Assembly: GCA_001662655.1 (NCBI GenBank)
Contig: KV460232.1
Length of the DNA stretch: 64,000 nucleotides
Strand: one strand, 5' to 3'
Source of the DNA: Pseudogymnoascus verrucosus
Taxonomy: Eukaryota
Below, in pieces: positions 61,476 to 64,000 of this stretch. Numbering within the stretch: position 1 is the first letter of the stretch; each line of letters starts with the position of its first letter. The notes below the pieces were generated by a model, which was not told the origin of the DNA, ran no database searches, and was given only the letters and a program-made list of their open reading frames with translations. The position numbers and the translations under genes were made by a program.

Positions 61476-62531
61476 ATGCTAGTCGATCCAGTTATGCCTC
61501 AGTATACAAAGCTGAGCAGCTTGCTCCCAACTGCAACTGCCCATCCATCTGTGGCCCCAATTGTGAGTATAGCTCTTAAGGAGCCATGATTTCTTCAAAC
61601 ACTTGTGCTTTAGAGGGGACTCAGACTAACCAGAATTTCGTGCAGCCCACAGTTATCCCAGACCTGCCTGTTTACCAGGAATTAGGCCATGCCGGACATG
61701 TCGCCCTTTGGGTAGGCTTCATTATTATGCTGCTATCCACTCTCGCCTTTATTAGCATGGCCTGGCGTGTCCCAGTGGTGAGACCCCTCCTTCCCATTGA
61801 ATAATTCCACAGCAGTATTGACAATTTATTAGGAAAAGCGTGTGTTCCATATTATAGCGACCTTCATTGCGGCATTCGCGACTATCTCGTACTTTGGCAT
61901 GGCTACTGGAGGAGGAAATTCTTTCGTGCATACGATAGCCTCGAAGTACCACAAACACACCGATCCAGTACACCATATTGATGTCTTCCGGCAACTATTT
62001 TGGGCCAGATATGTCGACTGGCTCCTCACGACTCCTTTGATACTTCTCAGCCTTGCACTCCTTGCTGGACTTAATGGCGCCGATATCCTTGTCACTCTCG
62101 TGGCAGATGCCGCCATGATCCTCACCGGCCTTTTCGCAGCTCTCGGCGAGACTAAGGGGCAGCGTTGGGGGTTCTACACCATTGCGTGGCTGGCGTACCT
62201 CATTGTGGTCTATCAACTTGTCGTTGGGGGCCGACGTAACGCATCCCGGAGAGGAACTGGAACCGCCAGGCTTTTCGGTGCCGTTGGAGGATTCATTCTT
62301 ATCTTGTGGACAATCTACCCAATTATCTGGGCTCTCGGGGCTGGAAAGGGCAAATTGTCAGTTGACTGCGAGATCATTTGGTACGTTGTACTGGATGTGC
62401 TGGCCAAGCCGGTATTTGCTATTTGGCTCTTGTCCACTCATGCTCGAACGGCTCCGACCATTGAGGGATTCTGGAGCCATGGCCTGAACAATGAGGGCGC
62501 TCTGCGTCTTGATGATGACGAGGCTGCTTAA
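61476..62531 (+). CDS. Type-1 (microbial) rhodopsin, Leptosphaeria-rhodopsin/NOP-1-like; join(61476..61562,61646..61777,61833..62531)
   Basis: Seven hydrophobic helices; helix C ARYVDWLLTTPL; LWTIYPIIW; retinal Lys in LDVLAKPVF; C-terminal GFW..GL..EGALR. Confidence 0.93.
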
Positions 62532-62824
62532 ATGGAATGCCTCGAGAAACAAAATATTAATAATTTGAAAATTATTGGCCGGCGGATAGGAGGTGGAGAT
62601 GAGGAAGCATGAACGTTTGGCGCAGTTGCTTGGTTCTCTTTAGCAAACCACTGCCTCAAAGGGATTTTTTTTAACGAAAACTAGCAGTTTTATATGAACA
62701 AATGCATATTTTTCTACTGGAACTTTTCATGATATACTGTGAATCGAATTTCATTCTCCAAACGCTAGTCTCCTGTCTGATGGTGCATATATTACCTTGG
62801 CGTTTCGGCCAGGGAAGCATACTC

Positions 62825-63610
62825 CTAGTGGACCAAGGCAGGAATATTCATTCCACGGAGGAGGAATAGAGCTGCTGAGAAATCCGGTTCGACTTCCAAC
62901 AAGTCGGGAAGGAATGGGTGATATAACATGTAGACCAGATGGTCCGGAACAATGATTGGCGAGTAGCTCTTTAAAATAAGTCTAGTCAGCCATTTGGACT
63001 CGCGAGCTGGCAGTCGCTGGTACAATCTGCCAAGTGACGCTGTCCGAGCACCGCACGTCCCATCAAGCGCCAATGGTCTCGCGGGTGGTGGTGAAAGGGG
63101 AGTCTGGCTAGCAAAGGATACCAACACTTGCTCGATATCTTCGATAGTAACTCCGCTTGCTCGTGACTGCACGGCAGTTTCCTGGGAGTCATAGTTAGCA
63201 ACAAGAATTGTAGTTGCAGTTCTTCGATTCTGGTAACTGACCTCTTTTACATCTTGATTCACCACCCGTTCTACACATGCACCTAAATCGCCCACTCCCG
63301 CTCCAGGCTCCCTCCAGCGCGACAGGTCAGTAACTCGTGAAGATGGCAGCGACAACGCCCGGCAAATTATTTTCTCCAAATTTTTGCTGTCCAACTCGTG
63401 CACTCTCTGGGTTCTCTCAGGGAACAGCGTCGATAGCAAAGCTAAGCCATTTGCATCGTGTCTGATCTTTTGCCCATGCTTCTTGAACCAATATAGAACA
63501 GCGTCCCGTGACTTCTGTGTAGCATCCTTTGGGAGATATGGTGGATATCGCGAATAAACCTGGTCTAACCGTTCAAGGAGATCGCAGATGTGCGCGAATC
63601 GAAAAGGCAT
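62825..63610 (-). pseudogene. ATP-dependent DNA ligase (ligase IV-like) N-terminal fragment, catalytic domains absent; probable intron 63182..63241
   Basis: MPFRFAHICDLLE, WFKKH, LLSTLFPER, GDLGACVERV and E.KWLTRLILK resemble the DNA-ligase N-terminal DNA-binding domain. Stop at 62825 leaves only ~290 nt before the convergent rhodopsin gene. Confidence 0.7.
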
Positions 63611-64000
63611 GAACGCAACTAGACATCTCAAACCTAAGGGCTCAAAATATGGGCCAAATAGAATGAGGTTACAGTATTCGCTCCAGTTGGTGGTGGGTTT
63701 AGTTCAACATTGCCGCAATAGTAATTTGGAACGGGAATGAATACTGGGGTTAAGAGATGACAAGTCAATGCGGTTGCAGTTTTCGCGAGGATAACGCGAG
63801 TGCACGTGACCATATGGCACTTTCTTCGAGTCAGTAGCGGCACCCTACTAATTTAACCTACGACATGGATCGGTGTTTACTCGTACGTACAGGGCTGCAT
63901 TTGGTAAGGAGGCCAGCCAAACATCAGACCGCCACTCAACAGTCTTTCCAATGACATATCCTCCGAAACGAAACACATTCGCTCTTTACAAAATATTACA

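Noticed and set aside
59..63843. Numerous 60-220 aa ORFs antisense to or overlapping the real genes in the ORF track
   Set aside because: Shadow ORFs from codon bias, with no motifs; many start at TTG/GTG.

Overview
Gene-dense eukaryotic DNA from a filamentous ascomycete. The introns are short (about 50-60 nt, GT-AG, with CTRAC/CTAAY branch sites) and the gene content is Pezizomycotina-like; the species cannot be determined from the sequence alone. About 27 protein-coding genes could be assembled by hand, mostly housekeeping and often in tight head-to-head pairs: ADE6 (3' part), CDC16/APC6, MRP7, LCL2, GUS1, MRPL1, COG2, hapX, a large unknown protein, SWA2, a PhoD phosphatase, SGT1, a Sid1-like kinase, CYK3, UBC7, a THI5-like binding protein, VMA1, GID7/WDR26, RBK1, VPS1, an AMACR-like CoA transferase, an inositol 5-phosphatase, a micro-exon small protein, a CID/CHERP-like protein, a CASTOR-like ACT protein, a rhodopsin and a truncated DNA ligase. 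No tRNA, rRNA, CRISPR array or intact transposon was seen. The main points of interest are: (1) the ~1,720-aa 'hypothetical' protein looks like a fungal RasGAP-fold + VPS9 (GAPVD1/RME-6-like) protein with a Sel1-like tail; (2) a Leptosphaeria-type rhodopsin has a DTS motif, lacking the proton donor; (3) GID7/WDR26 has a ~650-nt AUG-free leader, mostly open in frame, suggesting non-AUG initiation; (4) a DNA ligase gene lacks its catalytic core; (5) CHERP-like and CASTOR-like genes are neighbours. All homology calls come from recalled motifs, not from database searches.
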